Made by a program: the position numbers and the translations under genes
Shown: in pieces, positions 31,454-45,186 of the stretch
Layout of the letters: every line of letters starts with the position of its first letter
How positions within the stretch are numbered: position 1 is the first letter of the stretch
Notes under the pieces: model-generated
Told to the model about the DNA's origin: nothing
Databases searched by the model: none
Seen by the model: only the letters and a program-made list of their open reading frames with translations
Assembly (NCBI GenBank): GCA_964016885.1
Contig: OZ024741.1
Location: 178,746,001 to 178,810,000 of the forward strand
Direction of reading: 5' to 3'
Length of the DNA stretch: 64,000 nt
Origin: Eledone cirrhosa
Taxonomy: Eukaryota

Positions 31454-32589
31454 AATTTGTTCGACTATTTTATAGTCTAATCTGCATTGTAGCAGCTTGC
31501 TATAAGCACCAACTTGTTCGACTATTTTATAGTCTAATCTGCATTGTAGCAGCTTACTATAAGCACCAACTTGTTCGACTATATTATAGTCTAACCTGCA
31601 TTGTAGCAGCTTACTATAAGGACCAACTTGTTCGACTATTTTATAGTCTAATCTGCATTGTAGCAGCTTACTATAAGCACCAACATGTTCAACTATTTTA
31701 TAGTCTAATCTGCATTGTAGCAGCTTACTATAAGCACCAACTTGTTCGACTATTTTATAGTCTAATCTGCATTGTAGCAGCTTACTATAAGCACCAACTT
31801 GTTCGACTATATTATAGTCTAACCTGCATTGTAGCAGCTTACTATAAGCACCAACTTGTTCGACTATATTATAGTCTAATCTGCATTGTAGCAGCTTACT
31901 ATAAGCACATACTTGTTCGACTATATTATAGTCTAATCTGCATTGTAGCAGCTTACTATAAGCACCAACTTGTTCGACTATTTTATAGTCTAATCTGCAT
32001 TGTAGCAGCTTACTATAAGCACCAACTTGTTCGACTATTTTATAGTCTAATCTGCATTGTAGCAGCTTACTATAAGCACCAACATGTTCAACTATTTTAT
32101 AGTCTAATCTGAATTGTAGCAGCTTACTATAAGCACCAACTTGTTCGACTATATTATAGTCTAACCTGCATTGTAGCAGCTTACTATAAGCACCAACATG
32201 TTCGACTATATTATAGTCTAACCTGCATTGTAGCAGCTTACTATAAGCACCAACATGTTCAACTATTTTATAGTCTAATCTGCATTGTAGCAGCTTACTA
32301 TAAGCACCAACTTGTTCGACTATTTTATAGTCTAATCTGCATTGTAGCGGCTTACTATAAGCACCAACTTGTTCGACTATTTTATAGTCAAATCTGCATT
32401 GTAGCAGCTTACTATAAGCACCAACTTGTTCGACTATATTATAGTCTAACCTGCATTGTAGCAGCTTACTATAAGCACCAACTTGTTCGACTATTTTATA
32501 GTCTAACCTGCATTGTAGCAGCTTACTATAAGCACCAACTTGTTCGACTATTTTATAGTCTAATCTTCATTGTAGCAGCTTACTATAAG
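31454..32589. repeat. Tandem minisatellite, 57-bp unit, ~20 copies
   Basis: Unit aacttgttcgactattttatagtctaatctgcattgtagcagcttactataagcacc with few variant sites. Confidence 0.97.
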
Positions 32590-32870
32590 GTAACATACAT
32601 TCACAATTCAAATTTGCTTAACGCTTCATAAAATATTTGTTTTGTTTTGTTTTTTGCTTACATTGACGGGTAAGTGATCAGTCTCGTTTTAGTGTAATGA
32701 TAATACAGCCACCCAGCATTCAGCCTGTGCCATGTTGATTGCCGGGAAGTAATTGTCCAATGTTTCTCGCCTCTTGTGGTTTGCATATAGCTCCTAACAT
32801 ACTTTCAATATTCAAAGTTACTCAATGCTTCGTAAAATGATTGTGTGTATATGTATTTGTGTGTGTGTGC

Positions 32871-32967
<97 letters not shown>

Positions 32968-33212
32968 GGAGTTGTACTTATTTGGCAAGTGACTTGATCT
33001 GAGACCGTGTATTGACACTAAAGCAATTACTGCGCGAAAGAGTCATTTTAGCCAATATCAACACTTAAAACTGCTAAGTTCGCTTTATATTTATTGGACA
33101 ATGTGATGAAACGTTTGACATGGAGACCCAGGAGAAGTTAACAGTTTTTTCTGTTTTAATAACTCTTCTACGCAGTAATTAGTTCACACACACACATATG
33201 AATATATATATA

Positions 33213-33304
<92 letters not shown>

Positions 33305-33610
33305 CAATGAATAAAAACAAAGAAACAGTTCCTTATATTAAAAAATTCATCATTTTACGATCGTTTCTAGGATATATATGTGTGTGTTGGTATGTATATC
33401 ATATAGATCTATATAAAAAATTTACAAACTATCACAGGAAATGTACATACCTACACATATATATGCTGTCTTCCGTCCAGAATTAGCCGTCGAAACGGCT
33501 TGAGCTCAGCCGTCGGGGTCCTACTCGTTCCTATTACCCACTCTACTACCCTAAGTATTGAGTACTTTGGTGCGTTATGGTCCACCTGGTTCCTTACCAC
33601 ATTTCCTCCG

Positions 33611-33697
<87 letters not shown>

Positions 33698-34745
33698 AAA
33701 AGGACGATATGTTACGTCTTCATTACGTTTATTGAGTAGTGACGCGCATTACGCTATTGATCAGCTCAAGGTTCGATTTGTATCGATCTAGCTCGACTCT
33801 GGAATCAAAAGCTCGTCGGACCTCTGCGTAGTTCTACACCTCTATACTTACTGGAAGCTACGCATCGAGTGCTCACTCTGGTGAACCTACAGTAACTGGA
33901 CGTTACGTTCCCTAGATATATATTCATTTATATTTACTGGTTCCCGACTGGATAGAACTTATCATTCCGTTTAGTTAATCATGATATAATAGTAGGAAAA
34001 GCACTCTACGTTATGCAACTCATCCATAGTTGATGTTGAATCCAGTGGCTGGTGCAGTACCGGAGTTAGATATTAATTTGATTAAATATCAATTTCATTA
34101 AAATAACAGGACTGGTGATATTCCTTTAAAGTTTTATTGTTACAAAAACCCTATACATATTTCAATAGCCTTGTTACGTAAAATCCTGGCGACATCATCA
34201 GGTTAGGTTTGCATAATTAGTTAATCAATAAAAGAATTGTGACAAAAAACAATCAGAGAAAATATAGAAAAAATATTTTATTCAGAAATGGCCTGTGACA
34301 GGTATTATTGTTTTTTGTATGTGTAAGCGCGCGCGTGTGTGTGTGTGTGATTGTCTTTATTATAATCTCAACTTAACCTAAGCCGTGTAAGTGAAATTGA
34401 ATAGATGGAATGTGTATGGAAGTCCTTCAGACGAATTGTACCAGTAATTCAAAGGTCTAGTGCGGCCCCATATTATGTTTTGCCGCTTCAGTTTGGGATA
34501 TAAATTTACATACATGCATACATACATACGTACTCACATACATTCTCACACATTATTTATATGTTAATTTATTGAGTCGGGGGGTTAAGTTGACCGAACA
34601 ACTGAATGGTCATTGACAAAATCGATGTAGGAGGAATCATATATATATATGTATATATGCGTACTCACACGCACAAACATACACATTCAGACACATACTA
34701 AAATATAGGGTTATGTATGCATGTATGTGTATGTATGTATGTTTG

Positions 34746-34779
<34 letters not shown>

Positions 34780-34843
34780 AATGTATGTGAGTACGTATGT
34801 ATGTATGCATGTATGTATGTGTGCATGTATGTATGTGTGCATG

Positions 34844-34952
<109 letters not shown>

Positions 34953-35752
34953 ATGCATGTATATATGTATGTATGTAACGGTTTTGACAGATAATATGAC
35001 GCTAAAGCAAGTATAAATAGTTTCCTATATCTGATTCTTATTCAGAGCCTGCTCACTCAATTTTCTATCTTATTCCTGCAACTAACAATATTACATTATT
35101 GTGAATCCGAGCGATACAATTGTTTTCATTAATGAGTTTTCCGGCTTTAGCTGAATAAAACCGCCATTACTCTGATTGCGATAGGTGAATAGCGTCCTTA
35201 AAACATCGGAGAGGGCATCATATATTTTGCTAATCCATTGAGAGAACCTGTCCCTAGCTGCTCAATATGCTAGAAATAGTAGACAAATGTATAAGTAGTA
35301 TACAAATTACACGTATAAGTATACGTATAGACGCGTAACTCTTGATGGAATCATGTGAGCGCTGACGCTGATTCTTATAACGGGCGGAGGCTAACTGTTT
35401 TCAAAGTCTGAACATAGCGGATTTCTTCAACAGAAAAAGAGAGTGGAAGTCAAAAAGTTACATAGAAGAAGAATCAACACAGTATTCAACTGGTATTTAT
35501 TTTTATCAACCTCGAAAGTTGACCTTAGCGGAGTTTGAACTCAGAGAGCGTAAAGGGCTGAAACAAATAATACAAATTATTCTATTCTTCGTTCTAACGA
35601 CCCTACCGATGCACCAGCTCAAATTACACTGCACTCTCTTCAGGGACAGCAGATACATAGTATCTGAATAAAACTAAAATGTGTGTACCTGGAGGCTTTC
35701 TAAAAGTTGTGTTTGATCATTACACATGTAGCGAAAAAACACGTGAAATTAT

Positions 35753-35846
<94 letters not shown>

Positions 35847-36694
35847 GCATGTATGTATGTATGTGCGTATGTATATTGTCGCCTACATTCTGTGTTCAAG
35901 CTTCGCTGGAGTCAACATTGTATTTCATTTTTCCCGGTTGGTTGGGAAAACATAGGTTATTCCAGCGTTAAACACAGTAACATTTTATAAATATCTGATA
36001 TATTATCTAATGATTCCTTCCATGTTTAACCATTATTATACCGAACCATCCAAAACTACATCTGTTTCGTTGAAACAAAACCACACATTTTTAAAAGTTG
36101 CTCTCTAAATTTAAATTTTCTTACATAATTTTATATATAAACGTTTTCTTATTTTACGAATAACCTCTTAATGATATAATTAATAATTTTAGTAAATACT
36201 TTAGATTTAAATACGATCTATTTCGTTAGAAATATAGTAATGAATCGGTTAATATAAAGGTTTTTAGTGATATATGAAATTTTGAAGCGAACCTCCATAT
36301 ATGGCTTAAGTGGTATGGTCGTTATAGTGATAAATAATCTTGTGTGCAAAACCTCCGGTTAATCATGATTATTTAGTAGAAGGAAACTTTTCTATTATGT
36401 TCCATGTAGTAAAATTCATAGATATTCCACATACATATGTATCCTTTTCCTATTTGCATAATTCTCAGGAGGATTCAGTATGACGCAATTACGAAACGCC
36501 CATATATGTGGAATGCTCAGCTACACGAGCAGGCGGTTCTGTATTTTGAACAACTGTAATACTCATCATCAGCACCGACGGAGATCCAACACACCCACAC
36601 ACGCACTCACAGACACACATATATATATATGCGTATATATATGTGTGTATATATGTGTGAGTATATATATATATGTGCGTATATATACCGATAC

Positions 36695-36734
<40 letters not shown>

Positions 36735-36899
36735 ATATATATATGTATATATATGTATATATAGATATGTATATATATATATATATATGTATATATATGT
36801 ATATATATATATGTATATATATGTATATATATATGTATATATATGTATATATATATGTATATGTATATGTATATATATAAATATGTATGTATATGTATA

Positions 36900-36960
<61 letters not shown>

Positions 36961-37173
36961 AAAACCACAGAGCCTCCATTTCAACTCTACTTTTGAAAAG
37001 CAGAAGAATTGCAAAGCCGGTAAAGGAACCAAATAAATATATATATATTTTTTTTAAATAAGACTTCAGTTGCATTTTTGATTTCATCTTTTTTTTCTTT
37101 ATACTTTCACTCGTGTAGGACACCTCGGTTATTTTTCATTTTGTAAAAAAACCTCACTTTCCTATTGTATATA

Positions 37174-37812
37174 CTAGCTAAAGTACCCGTCCTTTGGATG
37201 GTTCATGTAGCTTTAGATGTAGCTCATTAAACTAAACAAAGTAAATTTGAATACATAGAAGAAAAACGTACTTTGTGTAAACAGGAATACCTTAGGCACT
37301 ATTCCAGCGAAATAATTAATATGTGAGCTAGCTGTCATCCGTTATACCATGTAACAACAGAAATCCAATCTAGGTATGCATTTTTTTTTTGACAACAGTA
37401 AAACCTTTTTTTCAAGTACAAAGAGTAAAGTAAAATCCGAATGAGCCGAATTATAATAATCAAAATCCCCAAACAAAATGTTTGACATCAAAAATGAGTT
37501 CCTATTGTATTGGCGAAAGATAACTCTTGTCTTACTTAATCACGAAATATTGACGAAAGATAACTCTTGTCGTACTTAATCACGAAAATTGACACAAATA
37601 ACCGGAACTTTTTTAATGTCTCCAAATGCCCCAATATCGATTTGTGAAAGCCTTTGTAGATCATGTACAGGTTTTGTGCAAGGATAAGCTCTGTAAAAAA
37701 AGTTCAAAGAAATCGCATGAAAGGTTTAGAATATATGAGCCCTCATTAAAAATTGTCCACACACACATACACACACATACAGAAAACCTCATCTTTATAT
37801 ATATATATATAG
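37174..37812 (-). mobile_element. Non-autonomous Helitron-like element
   Basis: Minus-strand 3' end: hairpin ccatcc-aaa-ggacgg then tactttag-CTAG|T. 5' end has ctatatatatataaag plus a (TG)n-like tract. Confidence 0.6.
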
Positions 37813-38035
37813 GCGTGAAGGCGTGTGGCAGAGTGGTTAGAGAATTGGATTCACAATCTTGAGGTTGTGAGTTCGATTCCTGAACCCGGCGACGCGTTAT
37901 GTCCTTGAGCAAGACACTTTATTTCACGTTGCTCCTTCTACCTGGAGTTGCGACCGATAGATAGTAATAGCAATTGGAAAGACCAACGGAAACATTGTTT
38001 CCTAGGTCCGATTTGACGAAAGTCGATCGATCCAA

Positions 38036-38096
<61 letters not shown>

Positions 38097-38194
38097 CTTA
38101 TATATATATATATATGTATGTATATGTATATATGTATATATATATATATATATATGTATATGCATATATGTATATGTATATATATACATGTATA

Positions 38195-38234
<40 letters not shown>

Positions 38235-38320
38235 GGAAAATTTGAACAGGAACAAAACAGAGAGGCAGTACAACGAATGTTTATTAATTTCACGCTCTGG
38301 AGAGTGGGGTGGTGGTGGGG

Positions 38321-38354
38321 AACGACGTTTCGGGCATAAGCCCTTCCTCAGGTT
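38321..38354 (-). ncRNA. Minimal type I hammerhead ribozyme in PLE 3' repeat
   Basis: Minus strand reads aac-CTGAGGA-a-gggc-ttat-gccc-GAAA-c-GTC-gtt: stem I aac/gtt, stem II gggc/gccc, palindromic ACGT in place of stem III. Confidence 0.85.
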
Positions 38355-38651
38355 AGAAGTGTGTGGGAAGAGAGTTCAAAGGGTGTGTAGGGGAGTGGTG
38401 GAGAGACATATAGCGAAAAGGGGATGGGAGGAAACGGTACGAATGAAATTAAAAATAAAAATAAAGCATGATCAAAATAAATTGAAATGAAATAAAAATA
38501 AAAGCATGATCAAAATAAACTGAAATTAAAAAGGGGTAAAACAGGTGGTGGAAGGGTGTGGGGTGTGTAGGGGTGGTGGCGGGTGGAGTGGGGAGAGGGA
38601 GATGGGGTGTCCGAGCGGGGAGGGCTAAAGGTGGTGTGTGTGTGTAGGTGT

Positions 38652-38688
<37 letters not shown>

Positions 38689-39837
38689 CAAGGGTTGGGG
38701 GAAGAACGGGGTTGCATGTTCAGGAAGAGGTGTGTGTGGGGTGGGGTGTAGGTCGGCGTGCCTGTGCGTGTGTGGATAGAGGGGTGGGGGGAGAGGAATC
38801 CGGAGGCTGAGGGTGTAAATATGTGGTGGAAAGCACGTGTGTGTGGGGTTTAAGCGTGTTGTTGGTGTAGTTGGCGTGTGGGAGAAAAACAAATTGTTTG
38901 GGTGTGTGTGTGGGTGAGTTATATAGGTGATTCCGTAAGAGGATGTGGTTGAAATGTTGGTAAACTCCTATGATGTTAGTAGATTCCAAGGTGGTCAAGT
39001 TCCACATACGAGTATTCCATGAAGAGATGGTCGGAAGAGGAGAGATGTGGGGTGCGCGCGCAACAGGAAGTGGACAAGGCGGTGGGAGTGTTGTGTGTCT
39101 GTTTGTGCTGGGAGGTGGTCAGAGGGCATAGCAGCAGTCGGGTGGAATGGTAAAGGGGCGAAGATGGGTAGGTGTGAAAGTTGGAGTGAGGAGGGTGTGT
39201 GTGTGTATTAGTAGAGGTGTTAGTGGGATGAGTGAGTGTGGAGAAAGGGTGTGGGTGGAGCGGGGAGAGAAGGGTGTGGGGTCGATGGAGGGAGTGTGGT
39301 GTACTGGTGTGTGTGTAGTTTGATGAAGGGGGTGTTAGTGGGTGTTAGTATACGGGAGGTGGGGAAAGGGTTGAATGCAGGTGTGAGTGAGGGTTAGTGG
39401 TGGTAGGGTGTGTAGAGTTGGTGGTGTACGAGGGTGTGTGGGTACGTGTGCGTGGGGTTGGGGGGTGTTAGTGATGTTAGTTGCGTGTGGGGTGGGTGGT
39501 GTAGTGGGTGCGTGTGTTCGTGTGCTTGGGGTCAGTGGGTGTTAGTGATGTTAGTTGCGGGGTGGTGGGATGGAGGTGTGGGGGTGAGGGTCAGTGGTGG
39601 TAGTAGGGTGTGTGTTTAGTGTGAGCGCGTGTATATATGTGCCGGTGGGTGTGTGCGTATGATAAGGAGGGGGGGAGAAGAAGGGAGGGATGTTAGTATG
39701 TTAGTTGGGGAAGGGTGGTCGGATGAGGGGTGGAGTGGAGGTGTTAGTATTGTTAGTTGTGGGGTGGGCGGTGAAAAGGAGGGGTGTGTTAGTGGGGTTA
39801 GTGGGGGATATGTGTGGAGGGAGGGGGCGGTCGAAGG

Positions 39838-41595
39838 CTAAAGGAATAAAGGTGGGGAGTTCAGGCCGCGGGGAGTGTGGGTCTGTAAGATGAAGTTCGT
39901 TCTTTGTTCGACTATAAGGAGATTGGCGGGTGTTCCGTGGCATTGGAGTAGGCCACAGACTGTGAGATGGCGTGCGGAATGTCCAGGGGCACCAAAGTGG
40001 CGGGCGATGGGGGAACTACCACCGAGACGAATATCCCGGAGGTGCTCAGTGAATCGGTCCGCCAGGCGACGTCCCGTCTGTCCGACGTAAATCGCGCTGC
40101 ACTCCGTGCAGCGAAGTCCGTAGACTAGGTTGGAGGAGGTGCAGCGGAAGGCATGCCGGACAGAGAGAGAGTGGCCGTTGGGACCTTGGAAGGTGGTGGT
40201 GTTGGTGATGTGGGGACAGGTGTTACAGCGGGGCCTAGAACGGGGAAAGGAACCGGGGGGAAGAGCGTGGGTTGGGGGGTAGGGAGCTGTGGACGAGGAG
40301 GGTGCGAAGATTGCGTGCGCGTTTGAAGGAGGGGAGTGGTGGGGTTGGGAAGATGTGGGAGGTGGAGGGGTCGGACTGGAGGCGTCGGAAGAGGCGGCGG
40401 ATGGTGCGGTGGAGGGGTAAGTGGAGGGGTGGTAGGTGATGGGGAAGGGGAGACGGTGGGTGGGTGTGCAGTGGCGTGGGGTGAGGGTGGTGGAGCGGGG
40501 GACAGCACGAGCGCGGGTGAGAGCGGTGTAGACGAGAGAGGGGGGTAACCTCTGCGGATGAAATGGCTGACTAGGGAAAGGGCCTGGGACTCGAAGTCAG
40601 CATCTCGGCTACAGAGACGGCGGACCCTGAGGAGTTGGGAGTAGGGAATGGAGTGTTTAGTGTGGGTGGGGTGGGAAGAGGTGAAGTCGAGGTAAGAGTG
40701 GGAGTCGGTGGGTTTGAAGAAGGCGGAGGTGACGAGGGAGTGGTGGGAGGGGTCGAAGGCGACGGAGATGTCTAAGAAGTGGACGTGGGTGGTGGAGATA
40801 GAGGTGGTGAAGTGGAGGGAGGGGTGTAAGGAGCAGAAGAAGGAGAAAGGAGTCGAGCTGTTCTCGGGTGAGGGTCGTGGCTCCGATACATTCGTCAATG
40901 TAACGACCGTACAGTTCGGGCGTGGGGCCGGTGTACTGGGCAAAAATTAGGGCCTCAACATGGCCAACAAAAAGGTTGGCATAGTTCGGGCCCATTCTTG
41001 TACCCACGGCTACCCCCGTGACCTGTTGGTAAAATTCACCGGAGAAGGAGAAACAATTGAGGGTGAGGACCAGCTCGGCGAGGCGAAGGAGGGTGAGGGT
41101 GGAGGGAATGGGGGAGGGGCGAAGGTCGAGTTAGTGTTTGAGGGCGCGTAGGCCGTCGGCGTGGGGGATGACGGTATAGAGGGACTTGATGTTTAGGGTG
41201 AAGAGGAAGGGCTGTGGGCCGGGTGGATAGATGAAGGAGTCGAAAAGGCGCAGGGCGTGGTTGGTGTCGGAGATGTGGGAGGGGATGGTGGTGACAAGGG
41301 GGGCGAGGATGGAGTCGAGAAAGGCGGAGATGAGTTCGGTGGGGCAGTTGCAAGCGGAGACGATGGGGCGGCCGGGGTTGTCGGGTTTGTGGAGTTTGGG
41401 GAGGAGTAGATGGTGGGGGTGCGGGGGGTGCGGACGATGAGGTGGGAAGCGGTGGGGGGAGGAGGGAGGAGGCGACAATGTCTTGGATGGTGGAGGAAAC
41501 TTGTTGTTGGTAGAGGGGTGTGGGATCGGAGGGTAGAGGGCGGTAGAAGAGGGGGTTACAGAGCTGCCTGAGGGCTTCGGCCGTGTAGAGTTGTA
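39838..41595 (-). pseudogene. Frameshifted PLE polyprotein: RT, thumb, Cys-rich linker, GIY-YIG endonuclease
   Basis: Motifs spread over several frames: LPKLHKPDNPGRPIVSACNCPTELISAFLDSIL; MGTRMGPNYANLFVG; YGRYIDE (catalytic YIDD altered); FLDISV; KPTDSHSYLDFTSSHPTHTKHSIPYSQLLRVRRLCS; RPRCNTC linker; NLVYGLRCTECSAIYVGQTGRRLADRFTEHLRDI. Confidence 0.92.
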
Positions 41596-41718
41596 GCAGT
41601 TCGTCCAACAGAGGCCACTGGTTCACTGCCCTTAAACACGCTGTGACTTCTCTCTCCCACGTGTAGCTGGACAGTCAATTTTAAAATTCTCTTAGTGTTG
41701 TCTGAAATGTATAGCCTT

Positions 41719-41798
41719 ACACACGCTGATGAACCGAGACTAGACCATTTCTTTCAACAAATTTTTGGTGAAACATATCTTTGGATTTGTACGTGTGT
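41719..41798 (+). ncRNA. Type I hammerhead ribozyme (full stem III, GUA cleavage triplet)
   Basis: acacacg-CTGATGA-acc...ggt-GAAA-catatc-tttg-gatttg-TA-cgtgtgt: 7-bp stem I, intact core, stem III with one mismatch. Confidence 0.85.
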
Positions 41799-42049
41799 TA
41801 TATAGTTATAGAGGTATTTATTTACGCTTTAATTTATATTTTTAATTGTCGTGTCTATAGTCCGCCTTTCATAGGTTATAGATTCCATACACTGGTGGTT
41901 TTTTCCCTGTATTATTGATAACGCACTATATATCTCTCTCTGGTATGTTACCTTTTCAACATAATGTATTTTAAAGAGCTCAGGATCTCTTCTCCTTTGA
42001 GCACATTATTTACAGGGAATAGCGATGGCCTATGCCTCCGTTAATTTAT

Positions 42050-42124
<75 letters not shown>

Positions 42125-42163
42125 TATACATATACATATATATATGTATATGTATATATATGC

Positions 42164-42216
<53 letters not shown>

Positions 42217-42286
42217 TGTATATGTATATATACATATATGTGTATATATATATGTATATATATACATATATATATGTGAGTGTGTG

Positions 42287-42317
<31 letters not shown>

Positions 42318-42882
42318 TTAGATATGTGTGTATATATGTGTGTATATATGTATCCCAGTACAACCTGTCTCATGGTCGGGTTGTTGGCGACTAAACTGGC
42401 AACCCCACCGAGGTTTCTTGGGGAGGAGGGTGACTTTGGACATCCTGCAGACTAAAAACAAAACCTGTCAAAGGGCAAAGGAGCTCTTAAGAGTCAATGG
42501 CCATCCATAATCACCGGGAGAGATGACCCCTTAGCCTTTGTAAAGGCAGAATTCTAGGAGAAGGAAAACTCTGATATAACACCTGCAACTCTGATGGTAT
42601 CCAATGATGTTGACTTGTTCTTCTTTTTGGTAAATATCATCTTGGTTAAGAGAGTGGGACTGGCTTTGCTTTATATCTGGAGATCTCTCTGCAATTGTCG
42701 TTACACGGTACCATGGGCCCAGCACTATGTGTCAATAATTGTCACAAGTGTAGTGTTTGTACCAGAGTTTTCAAGTCGCTGGCTGGACTAAAAAGTCACA
42801 CTCGTTCAGCGCATCGGTAGGGGTTCTCCTACATGGATATAAAGTAGTGGCCGTACTCGAAAACGAGTTGGCAGCTACCATT

Positions 42883-42986
<104 letters not shown>

Positions 42987-43305
42987 CACCAAAACACACC
43001 GAAACACACACACACACAGACAATATATGGCAACGGGGATTTGTCAGATTATTTTTCGCAGTAAGAAGATTATTTTGTTTACCATTGTAAAGCCCCACTG
43101 AATACCTGTATACATATCACTCTACCCTAGTTATGTTCCCTCCGTTCCTAAGAATGTATAAGTAAAGTGATTCGAAAAAAAGATATTTACATATATTTCA
43201 TGATCAGAAATAGACTTATACAAGGCATCGTTTCGATGGCAGATAAGAAGGCTTTTCTACCGAGCTAAACTAGACGTTTGACAGCTACGACAAGGATTTG
43301 ACCCA

Positions 43306-43402
<97 letters not shown>

Positions 43403-43506
43403 TATGTATATGTATATATATATATATATATATATACGTGTGTGTGTGTTTCTTTGTGTGTGTATGTATATGCATCTTTATATGTAAATATATATGCATA
43501 TGTATA

Positions 43507-43553
<47 letters not shown>

Positions 43554-43848
43554 GTGTGTGTGTGTTTCTTTGTGTGGGTATGTATATGCATCTTTATATG
43601 TAAATATATATGCATATGTATGTAAAAGGTGCACAGAAATAACAAAGCATATAACACAGTGCATTGAAGAAATATATTAGCTTAACGTTCGAAATAGCGG
43701 GAAAAGAACCTTAACGTTTCAGACACTAGTCCTTCCTCGGGAGATAGAGTTATAAACAGACGACAAATAGAGGGAAAAGAGTGAGAAGAAGAAGGAACGG
43801 GAAATAATGAGAAAAAACAGCGAAGTCAAAGTGCGTATTCAGTCAGCC

Positions 43849-43925
<77 letters not shown>

Positions 43926-43931
43926 TATAAT

Positions 43932-44114
43932 AATTGTTTCTACCTTTGGCACAAGGCCAGCAATAACCCAGTACATTACTGGTACTTTATTTTATCGACC
44001 CCGTAAGGATGAAAGGCAAAGTTAACCTCGGCGGGATTTGAACTCAGAATGGAAAGGGCTATAACTCTATGTATCAAAGCATCGCGTCCGACCCTCAACC
44101 GATACTGCCAATCC
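43932..44114 (-). mobile_element. SINE copy
   Basis: Full reverse-complement consensus. Confidence 0.9.
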
Positions 44115-44568
44115 AAAAAGTGCATATAGGGACACATGTGTTATCCAACCGTATGCCAATGTGGTTCTATGGCAAGTTAATAAATTAACGAGCCAGAACA
44201 TATATAATCAAGGTTTAGCAAATAGAGAAAAAGTTTTAAAATAAATTTCAAAAGGTTTACTGTACTTACTATATTTGCCCTTACCGCGCGGTTTCAAGTC
44301 TCAAAATAAATGGATGATCCATGCGGAACACCATTGAGAAGGAGAATTTCGTCAGAGGGTTCTTCTCACTCGGAGAATATAAAATTCCCGAGTTCAAATC
44401 ACGAACTGGCGCCATACAGAACTGTTCCCGGATGAGAGTGCATGATAATCTTGTCTAGTGCCGTGTGTAAAGATAGAAGGCAAGGGTGGAAAGGTCAATG
44501 TCCTAGAAAAGATTGTTTCCTTATCATACACTCTCATCCCTATTTGCTAAACCTTGATTATATATATG

Positions 44569-44658
<90 letters not shown>

Positions 44659-44979
44659 TAAACGGAAAAGAAAATGCTGACAAATTGTTCACAGTGAAAA
44701 ATAGTTTAATTAGGAATAAGTAAAATTAGTAATAGTATTGGCTAGTATTCAGTTTTGGTTGTAAGTTTTACCGGGTGCGCATTTCTAATGCTTTTCAAAA
44801 ATAATTTTGAGATAGAGCGTCCGTGATGTTTTTATGTGAAAAAAGTGGCTCCAGAGGTATTAATGAATACTAACCAATACTATTACTAATTTTCGCTTAT
44901 TCCTAATTAAACTATTTTTCACTGTGAACAATTTGTCACCATTTTCTTTTCCGTTTACCAATATATCACCTCTATTCTG

Positions 44980-45053
<74 letters not shown>

Positions 45054-45135
45054 GTTATTCCGGGTTGAATCGGAGGTAACCACAGTAAGTAAGGTACTCA
45101 ATACATAGCAGAGTATAACAGTTTTAATATAGATG

Positions 45136-45186
45136 AGATTCTACAGGACTAGAACTGTTTCATTCATTAGAAATCATCAGGAATCT
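45136..45186 (-). ncRNA. Type I hammerhead ribozyme
   Basis: Minus strand reads agattc-CTGATGA-t-ttc-taat-gaa-t-GAAA-cag-ttctagtc-ctg-TA-gaatct: intact core, U.U at the base of stem II, ~85 nt upstream of a (TA)n array. Confidence 0.85.

Larger units (their letters stand above)
38232..41595 (-). mobile_element. Penelope-like retroelement (Neptune-type), 5'-truncated, with long C/A-rich 3' UTR/pLTR ending in (TA)n
   Basis: Minus-strand RT and GIY-YIG coding remnants at 39838-41595, a minimal hammerhead in the same orientation at 38321-38354, and a 3' end abutting a (TA)n array at ~38230. Confidence 0.9.

Noticed and set aside
31454-32589. CRISPR-like array
   Set aside because: Units are contiguous and near-identical with no unique spacers; eukaryotic context, no cas genes.
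34146-34210. CTGATGA...GAAA on the minus strand (also CTGATGA at ~47483 and ~57087)
   Set aside because: Stems do not register properly with the core; could be chance or too decayed to call.
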